Source: Octopus sinensis (Eukaryota). Taken from it: a stretch of 64,000 nt of DNA. Within the stretch, counting starts at the first letter, position 1. Each line of letters opens with the position of its first letter. The translations under genes and the position numbers were made by a program. This document shows, piece by piece, positions 1 to 14,067 of the stretch. Below the pieces are notes generated by a model. It worked only from the letters and a program-made list of their open reading frames with translations. It had not been told where the DNA came from and ran no database searches. The stretch is taken from contig NW_021833018.1 in assembly GCF_006345805.1 (NCBI RefSeq), positions 186,001 to 250,000 of the forward strand. Direction: 5' to 3'.

Positions 1-429
1 TTCGGAATTCCTTGAAAGTGCAGGATATCATCATTTAACTGTGAATCACAGATACCACTTTGTCGACTCTACTACGGGAGCACACACACAACACATAGAA
101 TGTGGGGGAGCGCAAAATGGCACAATAAGAGACAGAGAGGGACTGTCCGCAGGCATATGAATAGCTACTTCTCAGAATTTATCTGGAGGCAAGAACACAA
201 GAAACAGGAATTTGAGAAACTTGTCGAAGCTATATCAATATGCTGGCCACCTCAGACCAAAGTGGAGGATAAATTAGTTAAATATTTAAAAAAAATAAAT
301 ATTTAAAAAAATTAGTAAATAATTCATTTTTTATAGTAATTAATTATAAAACACATATATTATCACTGGAAAAAATAGTATTATTTTGAAACTCGCTAAA
401 AAGTGGCTGTAGACTACTACAAAAGTACC
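1..429 (+). mobile_element. Merlin (IS1595/ISXO2-like DDE) DNA transposon, 3' part
   Basis: Frameshifted C-terminal motifs YHHLTVNHRYHFVDSTTGAHTQHIE / WGSAKW...SYFSEFIWRQ. Terminus-like sequence ends ...AAAAGTACC at 429. The left part lies outside the window. Confidence 0.72.
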
Positions 430-1414
430 GAAAAGGGTTTAGACGAGATCACCTTCTTCCAGTATAGAAGCAACGTCTCCTATGTCGAATAAAACAAAGC
501 AAAAGTTCACTTATATTATGAAACAATTTTTAAAGAAACATTACAAATTGATTGAATATAAAATGAAAATGTAATTTTTTAAAAGTTAATTTTTTTAATC
601 ATTGACTTTGGAATTGTCTTCCTTTCACCAGATGTGCAATTCTCAACGAGAACGGAATGCAGAGAAACTTCTTCCACTACTAGAAATTGTTCCTTGCTAA
701 AAAAACTAGTGAGTGGATATTTTCTTGTTTTTATATTTTTATCGAAATCAATTTTAATTGTAACATTATCTCCAATTGTGATATCTTTTTTTCGAAAATT
801 TTTATTTGCGTCTTCTGTAACTTTTCTTTTATACTTTTCATTATGAGTTTTTACTTCTAAGGATAATTCCGTTTCTTCCGATTCTGAGTTAATCTCTTCT
901 TCTGCGCCTCCACATGGCAAAATATTAAAACCCGTTATTCCGTAAAATAGACTGGGTAAATAAAAAGAGACTAACCAAAATGGTGACTTTCCAGTTGCGC
1001 GATGACAAGTTATGTTGTATTTATACACCACCTTCTGTAGAATTTCTCTCCACCTTATAGATTCTGTTGCGAACAAAGTCTTCCCCAACCAACGTTTGAG
1101 AGTTTGGTTATATCTTTCTATTTGTCCTTGAGATTGTGGGTGCCTTGGTCTTCCATATATCGGAGTTATTTTCCAATCATCAAAAAGTTTTGAAACTTCT
1201 TTGTTGCGGAATTCCTTTCCATTGTCCGAATGAAAATAAATTGGAGGACCGACAGTCTGGAATAAACTCTCAATTGCATTATAGATGCTTTGTGATGTTT
1301 TATTCTCTAACGCGAATGACCATGCAAACTTTGTGTATGCATCGATGACAGATGATAAATCCGATTTATCACTCCGGACATTTAGAACTGGCCCGGACGC
1401 TATAACTTACGACA
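430..1414 (-). mobile_element. Ginger-like integrase DNA transposon, internally deleted
   Basis: Open minus frame from ~1352 to 579 with D-D-E core (IDAYTKF / HSDNGKEF / QIERYNQ), YNITCHRATGKSPF and a C-terminal GDNVTIK..RKYPL block. GC-rich terminus ends ...GACA at 1414, followed by ATAAT. Other end not found. Confidence 0.75.
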
Positions 1415-1849
1415 ATAATTAACAAACAATAGAGAAGTAAAGACACTTGGCAAACAGATTAGCTCGCAATTGCACAGAAAATTCAAACCAAAAAAAGTTA
1501 ACAATGTTGATGTCAAGGAATCTGATATAGAAGGCAAATAGCAAATTTCAACCCAAATGATCTCCACCCCTCTTTTGCATGTATAGTGCTGGAAAGTTTT
1601 TCCCTAAGAGATATAATTATAAGAGCATTTAATTTTCTTAATTTTTAAACCACGTTGGCCGTGATATAGAATTGAATGCATTTAGTTAATTAATAAATGA
1701 TGATTATTTTCAAGGACATGTGATCAAACAAATAATTCTGTCAAGTGTTCATGCTGTCAACAGTTGGAGTAACTAGTGTTAACTTGATTTTAAAACTATC
1801 ATTTTTACTATTAAATTCAAAATGTATAATACGAATTATATATTAAATG

Positions 1850-4420
1850 AATGACTAAAAAATTTAAACCCAAGTTCACTTCATTTCAATAAAAATATCC
1901 GACATATCAACAGGAATTTTAATCTGTTCCACGGATTCGTTCCCAAGTGATGAACTAATCATAGATTTTTGAGGAACCTAAAATTAAAAACCAAGTCAAT
2001 ACAAGCGGGGCTTCCACGCATTCCCGAAAATCATGAGTTTTATCTAAGCAATACAGTCAACAACTCACTTTTAATCAGTTTGATAGTATCGAACTTAATA
2101 TTGTCAACTGAATCGACCTAAAATAAAACATGACCAGAAAACATTATGAAGGTTCGCCAAATTAATGTCCAAACTACCAGACTGTGTATCCAACATATCA
2201 AATATGACCACTAATGTAACATATCACAACAAACCCCCAGTGGAGTTCATGTCTGCAGTGAATGGTTGCAAAAGCTCTTCTGTTCGGTCTAGTCCGTCCA
2301 ATGCGAGTCGAATTGTCTCAGAATCGAACAACACTTCTTCTGGAATATTGCCGACATTAGAATCCTTAACATTGTAGAACCACTCGGGAAGAAGATATGA
2401 TGCCTTCTTCTTTCGTAAGGAAACAATCACATCGACATATTCCCTTAAAGCAGGGTAGTCATGAAGGCGGGATATTAATAAAAATAATGCTCCCACAAGG
2501 GAATGGATTTGACATATTATGAACTCAGAAGGAGGTTTTTCACACTCTAGGCTCTGCCAACTAAAATAAACGGCTTACTTGGATGTGGAGAAGTAGTCTA
2601 ACAATATCAATGAGATTCGATGGGAAGTGACAGTCCATGAGAGAAATCATTTTATAAAGTTCTTCGTAGTGCTCTAGTCGGTTGTTTGGGAGGACACTGA
2701 CAGCCTGTAGATGACTAAAAAATGCGCTTCCATTCTTAAATATGGGCATATAAAACCACCTTGGCGATAAAATTAGAATCCTTCCTGTTATTGTCTGCTT
2801 CTATTAGTTCGCATAAATCTGAGGAATCGTAATCAAAGTTTATGCAATTCCTAAAATTAAGGAATCATCAGTACCGAAAATTAGGGAGATGTGTGCCAAT
2901 GTTCTTGCGGTCGAAAAGATGCTGTAATATTCTGAGAATTCGAATACGGATTTTTGGATCACGGGAGAGAGATAATCCCAACAAATTATCCAAAAATGAG
3001 GATGTCGGAAATTGGCTGTGAATTGATATTCCAGGCTGGAAATCCCGACTGATTTCCTCGACAGTGTCAAGAAGCAGTTCTATGTGTCGATGACAGTTGT
3101 CTCCAAAAGGGATCTTGCTAAGAATATAATCCATCACTTCCACACGCTGGCATGCAGATAAATTCAGTGCAAAGTTAACTACAATTAATTTCAGAGTTAT
3201 TAACTCATTATTTTGGAGAGAATTGTCTGATAATTTTCCTCACCCTCGCTGGGAGGACTGTCCATCGACTTGCTCGTATGGTAGAGAAGACGAGAAATGA
3301 GTTCAAGAATTGACTCACCTATGAATGTGGCAACTGAGTTCAAACCCATGTAATTCTTTGACAGAACTTGAATTATCTCCTTAAGAACTCGACAAATGCC
3401 TATCCTGATTGGTGTGGGAGACTCTTCGTGCTTTATGAGGTGGTTGAGTGTGAGAGTGACGACAACGTCGGAGTGGGCAACGGGAAGGGAACAAATTAGT
3501 AATTTAAAGTATTTTGTGGGGAGATGACTGTCCAAGGTCCACAGAGAGTGTGTATCGTACTCACTTAGGACCATCTCTACTATTACAGAGACAGATGCGT
3601 TGTAGAATGCACGAGAAAGTAATTCACGGAGACAAGCTTTTGCTTCACTACATATTACTCGGTTGGCTTGTTCCGAGAGAGATATTCTGTCGTCTTTTTT
3701 TTCAATTATTCTTGAAAAGAGACTGAAGAAGATGACTGGGATGATTTGACAGATGTACTCCGGTGAATATATGGTCATCTGTAAATTGTCATTCACAGCC
3801 TTGCAAATGAGTCCTTTGATTCCCTTAAGAGAGGCGAGACGGTATCTGAAATATATTATCACAGAAACCGCATCATCTCGTCTTCACTTTTTAGTCCACA
3901 GAAGGAAAAAGCACAAAACCTGTCGACGAGGAAGTCTAGGTTACCTCGATAGGTCGAAATGTCATCTTTAATTTGAGAAAATCGCCAAAACTGTGAAATT
4001 AGTCAGAAAACGTACAGATTCAACTACGATTTCAAAAAAGTAGAGTTCTTTCATTTCCAGCAACAAATTGAGCATTCTCAAGTAGCTGTCAGTGATGAGA
4101 ACGGTGTGGCCTGATCGAGAGGAAATGAGCTGGTCAAATGTCTCGATCCCAATGGTCACAAGACTGAAGATTAGCAATTTGAATTAACTTTTTCTTATTT
4201 CGACTGACATGTTTGCGTTGAAGATTAAACAAATATCTTCCGATTCGATCGAGTTTTTCAGGTTTAGAAATTGAATAGAAAATAAGTTTGTTCATATTTG
4301 ATTTCCGGAGGCCATCCTAAATTAAGAAAGAGTCGCTTACTTCGTTAGCATGAAGGAAAATGTTATCGCAGAGGACTTTATAGCGTCTTTTCATTTTGTC
4401 CATGCATGCACAAAGCACTA
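1850..4420 (-). CDS. EFR3: EFR3 homolog (PI4KA plasma-membrane scaffold), multi-exon; both ends approximate
   Basis: Spliced N-terminus LCAC..KRRYKVLCDNIF..DGLRKSNMNKLIFYSISKPEKLDRIGRYL, then GIKGLICKAVNDNLQMTIYSPEYICQIIP and YLLPE match animal EFR3 motifs. 24-nt intron at 4317-4340. Confidence 0.85.
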
Positions 4421-4617
4421 CGAATTTATTTACGATTAAGGAATTAACAACTTGAATAGTTAATTTGTATGAAAATTAATCATTTTAAAAATAATAATTT
4501 TTAAATTTTTAAAGTACTTAATATATCAATTTTGAAAAACAAAAGGACCGTTTTTTAAAATAATTATTTTTATTACTTTTTATAAAGGTAAACAAAAAAA
4601 AAGAAGTTAATTAAATT

Positions 4618-5142
4618 AGATGAGTCGCCGAGCGGATGGACAGGCAATTTCCACGTAATATCGAGAACGATATCCGCTGAAAAAGCCAGCTCGTTTCACG
4701 ACTGTCGTGACTCCTCGAGATGATTAAACCAATCTCTGAGAGGAGTTTGAGCGCTTTGGGTCTAATTATCCCGAAAGCCAGAGGAATGAAGCAGGATGGT
4801 ATCGGTCAAAGAGCCATATTTTGCAGTTTTCTTAGATTCAGCAAGGGCAGATGCAGATCCAGGACGAGAACCGGAGTTAGCCAATGATGATGAGGAAAAT
4901 GAGTCTACGCAGGTAACATCTCACACGAGTCCCATTCCCTCCCTGAACGGGAATAAAGTCGACCCATCAGGGCGTTTTCCGTCCCCACGGTCTAGTCCTA
5001 CTGGTTCTAACATTGTGGGGAATCCAGCGGTGTTAAGCGCGCACTTCACAACGTCATTTAATGAGGCGTGCCTGGGGATCCTGCCGGCACTGAGGCGACA
5101 AGAGAGAGGGTGTAAACCTTTCCTGTCGATGACCGTAAACTA
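4618..5142 (-). mobile_element. CRE-clade non-LTR retrotransposon, 3' RLE fragment
   Basis: Minus strand reads [46 protein letters not shown], with stops and shifts. Confidence 0.85.
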
Positions 5143-5220
5143 TTCATTTTCTGATAAAGTTGTTGTTCGGCTGATTGGCAATATTTTTTTTTAATTTACC
5201 TAATTTTTTATTCAGGATAT

Positions 5221-5735
5221 AATTTTAGCCTGTAGCAAACGCAACGAAAAAAATTGTCAACTAAATGCAGACAATCTCCTTCGCAAATGCGAAAAAAATT
5301 GAACATCCTACGAACCCTATCCGGAATATGGAAAAACGGGTCGCACCCGGTACTGGCGAATATCTACCGCCAGTACTTCGAACCTTGTATTGCCTACGCC
5401 TGTGGATCATGGGGTCCGCGGTTATCGTGGTCCAACAGGATGCGAATAGAGGAAGCCCAACAAAGGGCTCTCAGATTAACCGATCGTTGGTCGTATGATA
5501 GCCAACGCCCCGGTCCAGCTTCTCTGGAAGACCTCATCAAGCTGAACCTCTGCCCGTCTGCGAATGCTCTGCCAAAAACGCCCTGCCGCCGCTGCGATCT
5601 TGTGTGGACTCGTGGAAAGATCATCGGGCGAAGATGAGGTCCCTGGTCGAGTGCATCGGATCACGTGACTTTTGTTTTTGACTCTTACCGTGGTCTTGGC
5701 GGCTAAATAAAAAGAAAATAAAATGTAAAAAATGC
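5221..5735 (+). mobile_element. LINE 3' fragment (CR1/L2/Jockey group, family L)
   Basis: Post-RT region IYRQYFEPCIAYACGSWG..EEAQQRALRL. Short 3' UTR GGTCTTGGCGG and A-rich tail. Homologous to 10905-11280, 21250-21427 and 41600-42225. Confidence 0.72.
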
Positions 5736-5929
5736 TCCATGAAAACTGCATCAAAAGATGGAACAAATATTTAGTGAAAGTCAATAATCATGACTTTACC
5801 CGAAGAGTTGATAAACCATTTCAAAGTTATTTCGTTTCAATAGTTATGTTTCGTCATATATTAGACTAAATTAAAAGACTTTATTGTTATTTTAGCTAGA
5901 TGATGAGGAAGATTGATTTTCATTCTAGA

Positions 5930-7706
5930 CTAGATTGATTTTCATTCGCACAACTCTCCAAGAAAGAAATCGCCTCAAACACAGTACACATCTGACGAAA
6001 CTTACAACGAGAAGGATTCGGGAATTGAACATGGAGATCGCAGAAAGTGCGAGACGAGTGCAAAAAAGAAAATTGGACACGATTTCCCGAGGGATGAACA
6101 AAAAGTGCTCACTCTCGAAAATGTGGAAGATGCTGCGTAACATTAAAAACGCCGACAGTACAAACGAGGATGACAAAAATCACCAACTAGACTTAAACAC
6201 TTTTATGAAACATTGCGTGAAGATAAGTCACAATCCTTATAAAAAATCGGAATCCTCTTCAATTATTAAGGCAAACCGAAAAGGGAGCCTCCATCATCGT
6301 ACTTCCTACCTCGAGATGTCGCTTTAGAAATTTCCCGACTAAAGAATACACGCTCCTGCGAACCAGACGGAATCCCAGCGATCATGCTCAAAAAATTGGG
6401 CAATGCAGCTATCTCTGCACTTACGAGTATTTACAACTACTCGTGCAACTTCAATTTCATTCCAACATTATAAAAACTGACGTGCATTCACCCAATCCTG
6501 AAGCCTGGAAAACCGAAGGAGCAACCTGGATCATACAGGCCACTGTCCCTTTTATGCGTCCAGGCACGAATTCTAGAGAGAATGGTGATGACTTTGATTC
6601 GCCCCCTCCTCCCAGAAGTCAGTTTCCAACATGGATTCAAAGAGGGGCGATCAACTGTCACACACCTAAATGCTTTAATGAAGTTTATATCAGACGGTCT
6701 AAACAAAAAACCTAAACAGGAAAAATCCATTGTCTGCTCGATCGACATAAAGAAGGCTTTCGATTCGGTGCCAATGAAAATACTCACAAAAGATCTATTC
6801 CTCAAATATTGATACGAATCTAAAACTATGGCTTGGGAATTTCCTGAGCGGCCGTCGGGAAAGGGCTTGCTGTGGAAACAGATCTTCCATATCGAGACTA
6901 TTACCAAATGGGGTCCCTCAGGGTTCTCCACTATCTCCACTTTTATTCAATCTCATGATGAACGACATGCCACAGCCAGAAGGGGACAACGATCTGTTAT
7001 TACTATATGCAGACGATATTATCGTCGCATCAAGGGATGTGAGCATAATAAAAGCAACGGATAGAATACAGGATAACCTCAACAATCTGATTTCATGGCT
7101 ATATAAAAACGAACTGGAGGCAAGTCCGGAAAAATCTATTTTGACTCTGTTTACGAAAAACAGAAGGCTTGGGAAAGTCTCAATTGAAGTGAAGTTAGAC
7201 GGGGAAATTATACCGCAGAGCAAAACCCAGAAGATTCTTGGAGTTACATTCGACACCTTTCTAACCTTTTCAACCCACGTCGAAAATGTAGTTATGGCGG
7301 GTGCAAGAAAGGTTAACTTCCTGAATGCCTTCCTGAAGAACGCAGGAAAATGCAAAGGCCTATATGGCCTAAACAACATATATAATCAATACTTGGAACC
7401 TACGATCGGCTATGCGTGCGGAATCTGAGGAACAAACTTAAGTGCAAAAAATCAATCAAAAATCGACAAAATTCGGTCGAAAGCGGCAAACCTGCTAAAT
7501 ACTTTTTCCGATAAAGAGATTATCCCAAAAGCCTGGAACATCTACGAGAGGTTCGTCCTGAAAATCCCCGTCCGTACTGTAAATGCGTCGGGACAACGGC
7601 GGAACATCGGGAGAGCCTGCGCGAACTGCTGAGGGAGGCTGGGATCACCTGAATTCTTCTTTCTTTTGGCTATGACGGTGGTTTTCTGGTTCAATAAATA
7701 AATAAA
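5930..7706 (+). mobile_element. LINE reverse transcriptase remnant (CR1/L2/Jockey group)
   Basis: PDGIPAIMLKK, QHGFKEGRST, DIKKAFDSVP, GVPQGSPLSP, YADD and LGVTFD across frameshifts. (AATA)n tail near 7690-7706. Confidence 0.87.
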
Positions 7707-7719
7707 TCCATGTGATCTA

Positions 7720-8870
7720 AGTGTGACATAGAAAAATTGCGTCAAAGATTAAAACGATGGGAACTATCTTGACAGTACCAAACCAATCTAAGTAGCCAAG
7801 AAATCTTATTTGTGGAACTTCTCCACCTGCTTCAATGAAGCGGGTGAAGTTGTTCTAATTTCAATTAGAGTTATCGCGTTCCGCGCCTTTTCCAAGACGA
7901 ATAAGTCCGGTTTTTGTTTTTTTACATCTGAGTCAGTCTTAAGAGTGTTTGTCCCACTGACTGAACAGAATAAGTTTTGAGCTTCTTTGACTTTTTTATT
8001 ACATAGATTTTGCATAGGTGCAAATGGATACATCTGACAACCTCAATGTGTCTCAGCAGGTAATGAGCATTCAGCATTCTTCCGCATTTTTTTTCTAGAT
8101 AATTTATTGGAGTGATACCACAGTCAATCCATAAATAAATTTTCGCCCTACAAATGAACAACATTGCTTCGCGAACCAAGGGGTTGTTTCTCTACTCTAC
8201 CAACCATGAAGGCTAGATAGTGTCTACTTCAAGTTCACTCAGACACTTACAGAGCATAAAGTGAATTGATTTCTTGTTAATGTTCTTACCAGAATTTTTT
8301 GGCATTTCTAGGAGTTTGGGTTTACCTCAGCGGGAGATTTGAACAATATATTTTTGAGCAAAATACTCCACAATCATGTTTATACGGGTTTTTTGACATA
8401 ACGAACTATAGAATCGATGCTCTTTTAATGCGAATTATTAATTTTTTCTGTCATTTTATTAAAAATAGTATCAACATACGGTCAGATTTTAGCTTGACGG
8501 ACTCCAATTTCCTCTAAAGTGTATCCCTTTCAAAATAAAGCCCCTTCAAATTGGCAAGTGCGATATGAAGCCATTTTCCAGTAAAGATTTTTTGCACATT
8601 CTTGTCAATCTGCCAAAATTTTGTCAATTCTATGCCAATCAATCCGATTTAATAGTTGTATGAAGATAATGCACATCTTTGAAAAGGTTTAAAAAATTCA
8701 GACTCGTATTGAATAGGAGCAACACTCTTTTTCTCACCTCTTTGTATATGAAATTCATCAATCTGTTCTATTTGGCTCTCATTTTACAACTAACTGAACT
8801 AGCCAACGCAAATTCAATAGGAGAACCTCAGTCTATAAGGATGTCGAATATAAAACAATTATTAAAATAG
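7720..8870 (-). mobile_element. Degenerate R4/Dong-like RLE non-LTR remnant
   Basis: HYLLRHIEVVRCIHLHLC and KPDLFVLEK..ITLIEI motifs resemble the better preserved copy at 46860-48425. The upstream part is heavily decayed. Confidence 0.6.
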
Positions 8871-8937
8871 TTACTTAATTTTTAATTTATTATAATAAGT
8901 ATTTTTATAAGTAAACACTTTAGTGGTTCTTTCCAGG

Positions 8938-9712
8938 ATGACTCTTCAGTGGACGGTGATCGCATTGATATTATACATTCAAATAATGATAACCACTGCA
9001 CTTTTATTACCGCTAATTACTCCAAAAAGGTTAAATATATCAATCATCGTTAAAGATGGAAGTCAATATTAAAGTCCGAAATAATGATTTATCTTTTCAA
9101 AAAAATTTCATACTACAAAGTCGTGGTCCTTGGAGTGAATATTGTCCTACTATTAGGTATTGCTGTTTATTTAAATTTGAAAAGATGCAAATTTCTCGAT
9201 ATGGCGGTTTAAGTACAACAGCGCCGATCCCCTCGAGTATTCCGCCGTTGAATACGTTAAACTTTTCCGTGCTCAGAGAAATCTATACATTCTTATATTC
9301 TCCATATTTTTAAACTTGTAAGATGGTCTTTGGCTTAAAACGAGCGTAATCTCACGGGTGACTCAGAGACTGATCAAGTTCGGTGATTTGATGACGAATT
9401 ATGAAGTCCTCGTTAATCAGGTCGAGGCTAATTTTTCCTTCGGGTCTCGACTCATAGAATCTGCGTCTCCTAAGGTGTATTTACAAATATTTATCATCTG
9501 TAGATTGACGATGATTTAGAGGATGCGAGAAAGAGTTTTAATTTGGATCTCAGAAGTTTAGAGCTTGATGAGGAGACAGCCAATTGTGAAGCGATGAGGA
9601 AACAGTTGGAGAGCCTTACAGCTGAATATGATCGGCTCAACAGTGAATTTGCATCTCGAAGAGTATTACTTTTACTTATTTTTAGAACTTAGTCACTAAT
9701 AAACAAGACTGA
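8938..9712 (+). CDS. BCAP31: B-cell receptor-associated protein 31/29 (ER membrane protein)
   Basis: Spliced: MTLQWTVIA..ITPKRWKSILKS..KLFRAQRNLYI..EAMRKQLESLTAEYDRL..TNKQD*. Five introns of about 23-29 nt. Confidence 0.88.
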
Positions 9713-10904
9713 GTTTACTAATTTTGCTTTACGGAATTATTTTTTGTTATTATTAATATACTAATTTGCGCAATGTCAGCGGGACTGCGTAGGAATGAGA
9801 ATGAGTTATTTTTTGTGACAAAACATAGTTTTGCTGACTGTGATATATTTTAATTAACTCCTGTTAAGAAAATACTGTTATATATTGCTTTAATTATATT
9901 TACATTTTGTTGTGTTAATGTCTATAGAGTTCTGATTTTACTTAATTTACTCACCAGATTGTATCGTGGGATTTAGATTTCTCTTCCCAAATGTTTATGC
10001 ATCTTAACAGGGTTCTCTACTAATAAATCAATGCAGTTTGCCTTCAATCTAGACACTCTTAATTTTCAAATGGTAGGATATTTATTCGAACAGATTTTAT
10101 TTTTTTCGCAGGAAAAATGCTAAAAAACTCTATCTATTTTCTTTCTAGAGATGCGTTCTAAGGTTATTTTAAATTTATCAAATAAATTAACTAACTAAAT
10201 TTAAGCTTCCTATGTGAACCTCACATACTTCTGTCCATTCTTTTTCCTCTTCCGATGCTGTATATATTTTCACAAAGTTTAACCAAGCCTCCCTTGGACT
10301 AAATTTTAGAAAAAGACAATCTTTAGGTTTAATCTTTGCAAGTTTCTATATGCGCTTGCAGGTTATTTGCTGACGAAGAAATTTCTTTGGGCTACTAATT
10401 AGTTTCTTCCTCGATTCCACCATCTTAGCATCAATTTTTACACGTTGGGCATACAGGTTATCGGATGATAATTTTATAGAAGTTACAGGTTAACTACTTT
10501 ACAGGTTAATAAGTCACCACAATACATAAAATTCTGAAATCGAGCAAGAGGCATATATAAATTGTTTATTGGTCGACAAGTGGGATCATAGGATGGTTTG
10601 CATTTTTTATGTCTTATCGGTCTAGCTGTCTTCAAGTCAAAAAGATAGGTTACGGCTTCATCAAACTTTTTTGGATGTTTAAACACGATGAGACTCGGTT
10701 ATCAACAGTCCATCCGATCTAAAACATGGTGCATTCAAACAATCTATTATCACTATACTACATTTTATACTCGCAACAAAATATAATGTTGTGTTTAAAG
10801 CACTTTCCTTAACATACGTGGAAGCATTAATCCTTTGAAAAAAGCTTTTCTGAAAAGGAAACATTTGAAACTTTTCAGCTAATTATTGGTACTGCGGGAT
10901 TATT

Positions 10905-11280
10905 ATTGAAACATTAATACCACAGTAAACCCAAAAAACGTCACGTGATCCCGATGCACTCAACCAGGGACCCCATTCTCGCTCGGTGATCTTTCCACGA
11001 GCCCACGCAAGATTGCACAGGACGGCTGGCTGCATTTTTTGGGGCATTTGCGAACAAACAGAAGTTCTGCTTGGTCAGGTCCTCCAGGGGGGCCAGACCG
11101 GAACGTTTCTTATCGTGCGACCAACGTTCGGTTAATCTGTTGGCTCTTTGTTGGACCTTCTCGATTTGCCTCATGTTGGACCACGATTACTGCGATCCCT
11201 ATGATTTGCAGGCGTAAGAAATAAACGGTTCAAATTATTGACGGTAAATATTCTCCAATACCGGGTGGGAACCGTTCTTC
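10905..11280 (-). mobile_element. LINE family L 3' fragment
   Basis: Reverse-complement homolog of about 5370-5720 (EKVQQRANRLTERWSHD..CIGIT*). Confidence 0.72.
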
Positions 11281-11309
11281 CATAAACCGAATAGGCTTCT
11301 GAGCACGTT

Positions 11310-13470
11310 CAGTTTTTTATCACATTTACGAAGAAGGTTGTTCTGGACGCCTTAAACTTTTTTAGGTAAATAGTAGTGGAGGTATAGCGGTCTCCGCCCT
11401 ATTCATTTGAGTGACTTAATTTCCGCAACCGGTGATACCGGGAATCGCCTCTTGAATGCTTGCACTAACTTTTGCAATTTATTCCTAAGCGGCAAAATTT
11501 CTGACCATGCTAGAATTCTGTTCTTTTCCGCGAATCTTACAGCCTTGGGCAAGAAAGATGGCGGTATCAGGCCTTTTGCTGTTGGAAATGTCTTTCGTCG
11601 TTTATTTGCGAAAGTTTGTTGCAAGTCCGTTATTCCTTCTATTGGCGAGCAACTGCAGCCCATTCAGTTGGGTGTGGGTGTTCCTGGCGGCTGCGAGTCT
11701 TCTGTCCATGCCTGTCGTTGTTTTATCCAATATTCCCCTTGCCTTATTGCAACTGGATGTAACTAATGATTTCAATTTTCTGGACCGTGGATATTTGTTG
11801 GAGGTCTGTCAAGACCGTGTTCCACACTTGCTCCCCTTTATATCGCTTTCGTACTCGTTTCCATCACTTTTAATCGCCGGTGGTTCTTTCATTTCTTCGT
11901 CCTGTGGCGTCCAACAGGGTAATCCTTTGGGCCCATTATGGTTCGCTCTTGCCGTGGATGTCATTGCCCGCGTTAATGAATCACCCCTTAATCTGTGGTA
12001 TCTCGACGATTGCACCCTGGTGTTTTGTTAAAGGACTTAGCCAGTCTAATTCCGGCTTTATCCGACATTGGTCTGGTTATTAATTCCAGCAAGTTCGAGA
12101 TTGTCAATCTCTCCGTTGAGCCATCCCTGTTTAAGAACTCCTCTCTTTTGCGGACTCTTTCCTGAGTTGAGACAGACACCCTTGTCTGATCTGGAAATTC
12201 TGGGGTCACCGATTCTCGCCGTCTCAGCTACACGAATCCTCCTTGCCAAAAAAAATCTTATAGCATCTCTTTGTGAAAAACTTTCTGTCATTGATCCTCA
12301 TCCTTCATTCTACATCCTCAAGAACTATCTTTTGATCCCAAAAATCGTTTATATCCTGAGGAGCTCACCTTGTTTTTATGCCACACAAGTGTTGGAATCT
12401 TATGATTCCTTAGTTCGGAGGTCTTCCGAGAAAATTCTCAATGTGCATTTCGACGATATTGGCTGGTGTCAGGCTAAACTTCCTGTGAGTCACGGGGGTC
12501 TGGGCCTCCGTTCCCGTATTGATTTGACCCTTCCTGCTTTTCTTTTTTCAGCGTCTGGATCATATCTAATTGTCCAAAAGATTCTGGAAAAAACTACTGA
12601 ATCATTGTTGGACCTTGATATTGATTCGGCCCTCGCTCTTTGGAAACGCAATTTCTCTGAAGTCCCTTCCGATGTCTTTTCTCAGCGAGATGGGACAAAA
12701 TTCTTTCTGTGCTGTCGATCTTCAGCTGACTTGGAACCACTCTTCGACCAACACAGACTGGCTTGTTTCCGTTCCGCCTGTCAGCCATACTCAGGCTCCT
12801 GGCTGAATGTACTCCCTTCTCAGCTTTTGGATACTGTTTTCGAAAGGGATTCACTCCGTTTGGGTATCTGTAATCGCCTTGGACTCCCTGTCTGCAGACC
12901 TCACCCCTGCCGTTGTGGGGCTAAAGTTGACGCCTTTGGGCTACATCCTCTGTCTTGTCGAATGAGCGCCGGCCGATTTCCTCGGCACACTGAAATTAAC
13001 AATCTAATTCACAAAGCTCTGGAAAGAGCTGGTTTCCCTTCAATTCTGGAACCGACGGGCCTTGTTTTTGAAAACGCAAAACGTCCAGACGGCTGTAGAC
13101 TTTTCGCTTTTGAATCCGAGAGGCATCTCGTTTGGGACGTCACCTGTGCCGACTCTTTCGCCAAGGGAGCCTTGAATAGCACAGCTTGTCGACCCTGTTC
13201 GTCGGCCGAATTCGCGAAACTAACGAAATATGAGGATTTACGCGATCGATTTTGCTTTTGGGCAATTGCCGTTGAGACTTCCTGTGTTTTTGGGGCCAAG
13301 ACGCTTGCTCATCTTAAGAAACTTGGCCCCCTGTGCACCTACCGCTCCAGAGATCCCAGGGAATTTATATTCCTAATTCAGAGGATCTCGCTGGCTGTTT
13401 TACGCGAGAATTGTCTTTCAATCCTGCGAGCCAGTACATAATAGCTAGATTTTTTAAATAATTTCCAATT
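11310..13470 (+). mobile_element. CRE-clade non-LTR retrotransposon (RT plus RLE), 5'-truncated
   Basis: ALGKKDGGIRPFAVG, QLDVTNDFN, GVQQGNPLGP, WYLDD, HPCRCG..HPLSC, FPRH, KRPDG, VETS..QRISLAV. Stop at 13441. Confidence 0.92.
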
Positions 13471-13534
13471 ATAAAAAAAATTGACATTAAAAAAGTAAAT
13501 ATACATTTGAGCATACGTTTTTATGTTGGTTTAT

Positions 13535-14067
13535 ATGAAAAGATTACTGACAACGACATATCTTAAAGTTATTGGAGTATATTTTAAATTTAATACTAAA
13601 TTTTAGTTGTCAAATTCTAGAACTTTTAAATCCAATAAATATGAACATAATGTTTTCACTGACATTCTCGATAAAACCTGTCCTGCCAATATTGTATACG
13701 AGGACGAGCGGGTATATATTTACCGCTCCTCAATAATCAGTGCCTTGCTTTTCATGACATTTGCAAAACAGCACCTCTTCATATTTTAGTAATCCCCAAA
13801 CAGAGAATCTCCTCATTGGCCGCCTGTCAGGCAGGGGTTGATGAAAATGTTGTTAAACAATCTATGAAAATTTCTAGATTTTGGGACATTTGTTGATTGT
13901 TTGTACAAGGATTGCTAAAAATAATGAATTGGGTAACGGCTACCGAATTGGTAAGGCTTTTCTTAATTTTTTTAGTAATCAATACTGGCCCTGATGGAGC
14001 TCAAACTGTTTATCATTTGCATGTGCATCTTATAGGAGGTCATAAACTATCTTCAAATTTTTCATAA
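13535..14067 (+). CDS. HINT2: Histidine triad nucleotide-binding protein, HINT2-like (N-terminal presequence-like extension)
   Basis: Five exons: [62 protein letters not shown]. Introns of about 25-30 nt. HINT1 versus HINT2 is inferred from the basic/hydroxylated N-terminal extension. Confidence 0.88.

Noticed and set aside
1-306. Bacterial IS1595 by horizontal transfer or contamination
   Set aside because: Eukaryotic Merlin elements explain the motifs; flanks are host-like.
10150-10870. Possible gene or retroelement ORF on the minus strand
   Set aside because: Fragmented frames with no recognisable motif or consistent splice structure.
12570-13299. Alternative-frame and antisense ORFs over CRE, LINE and R4 fragments
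   Set aside because: Expected shadow ORFs of GC-richer coding DNA; no independent motifs.
11400-13441. Programmed frameshifting or editing in retroelement ORFs
   Set aside because: The two near-identical CRE copies differ by scattered 1-2 nt indels that repair each other's frames, typical of read error or decay.
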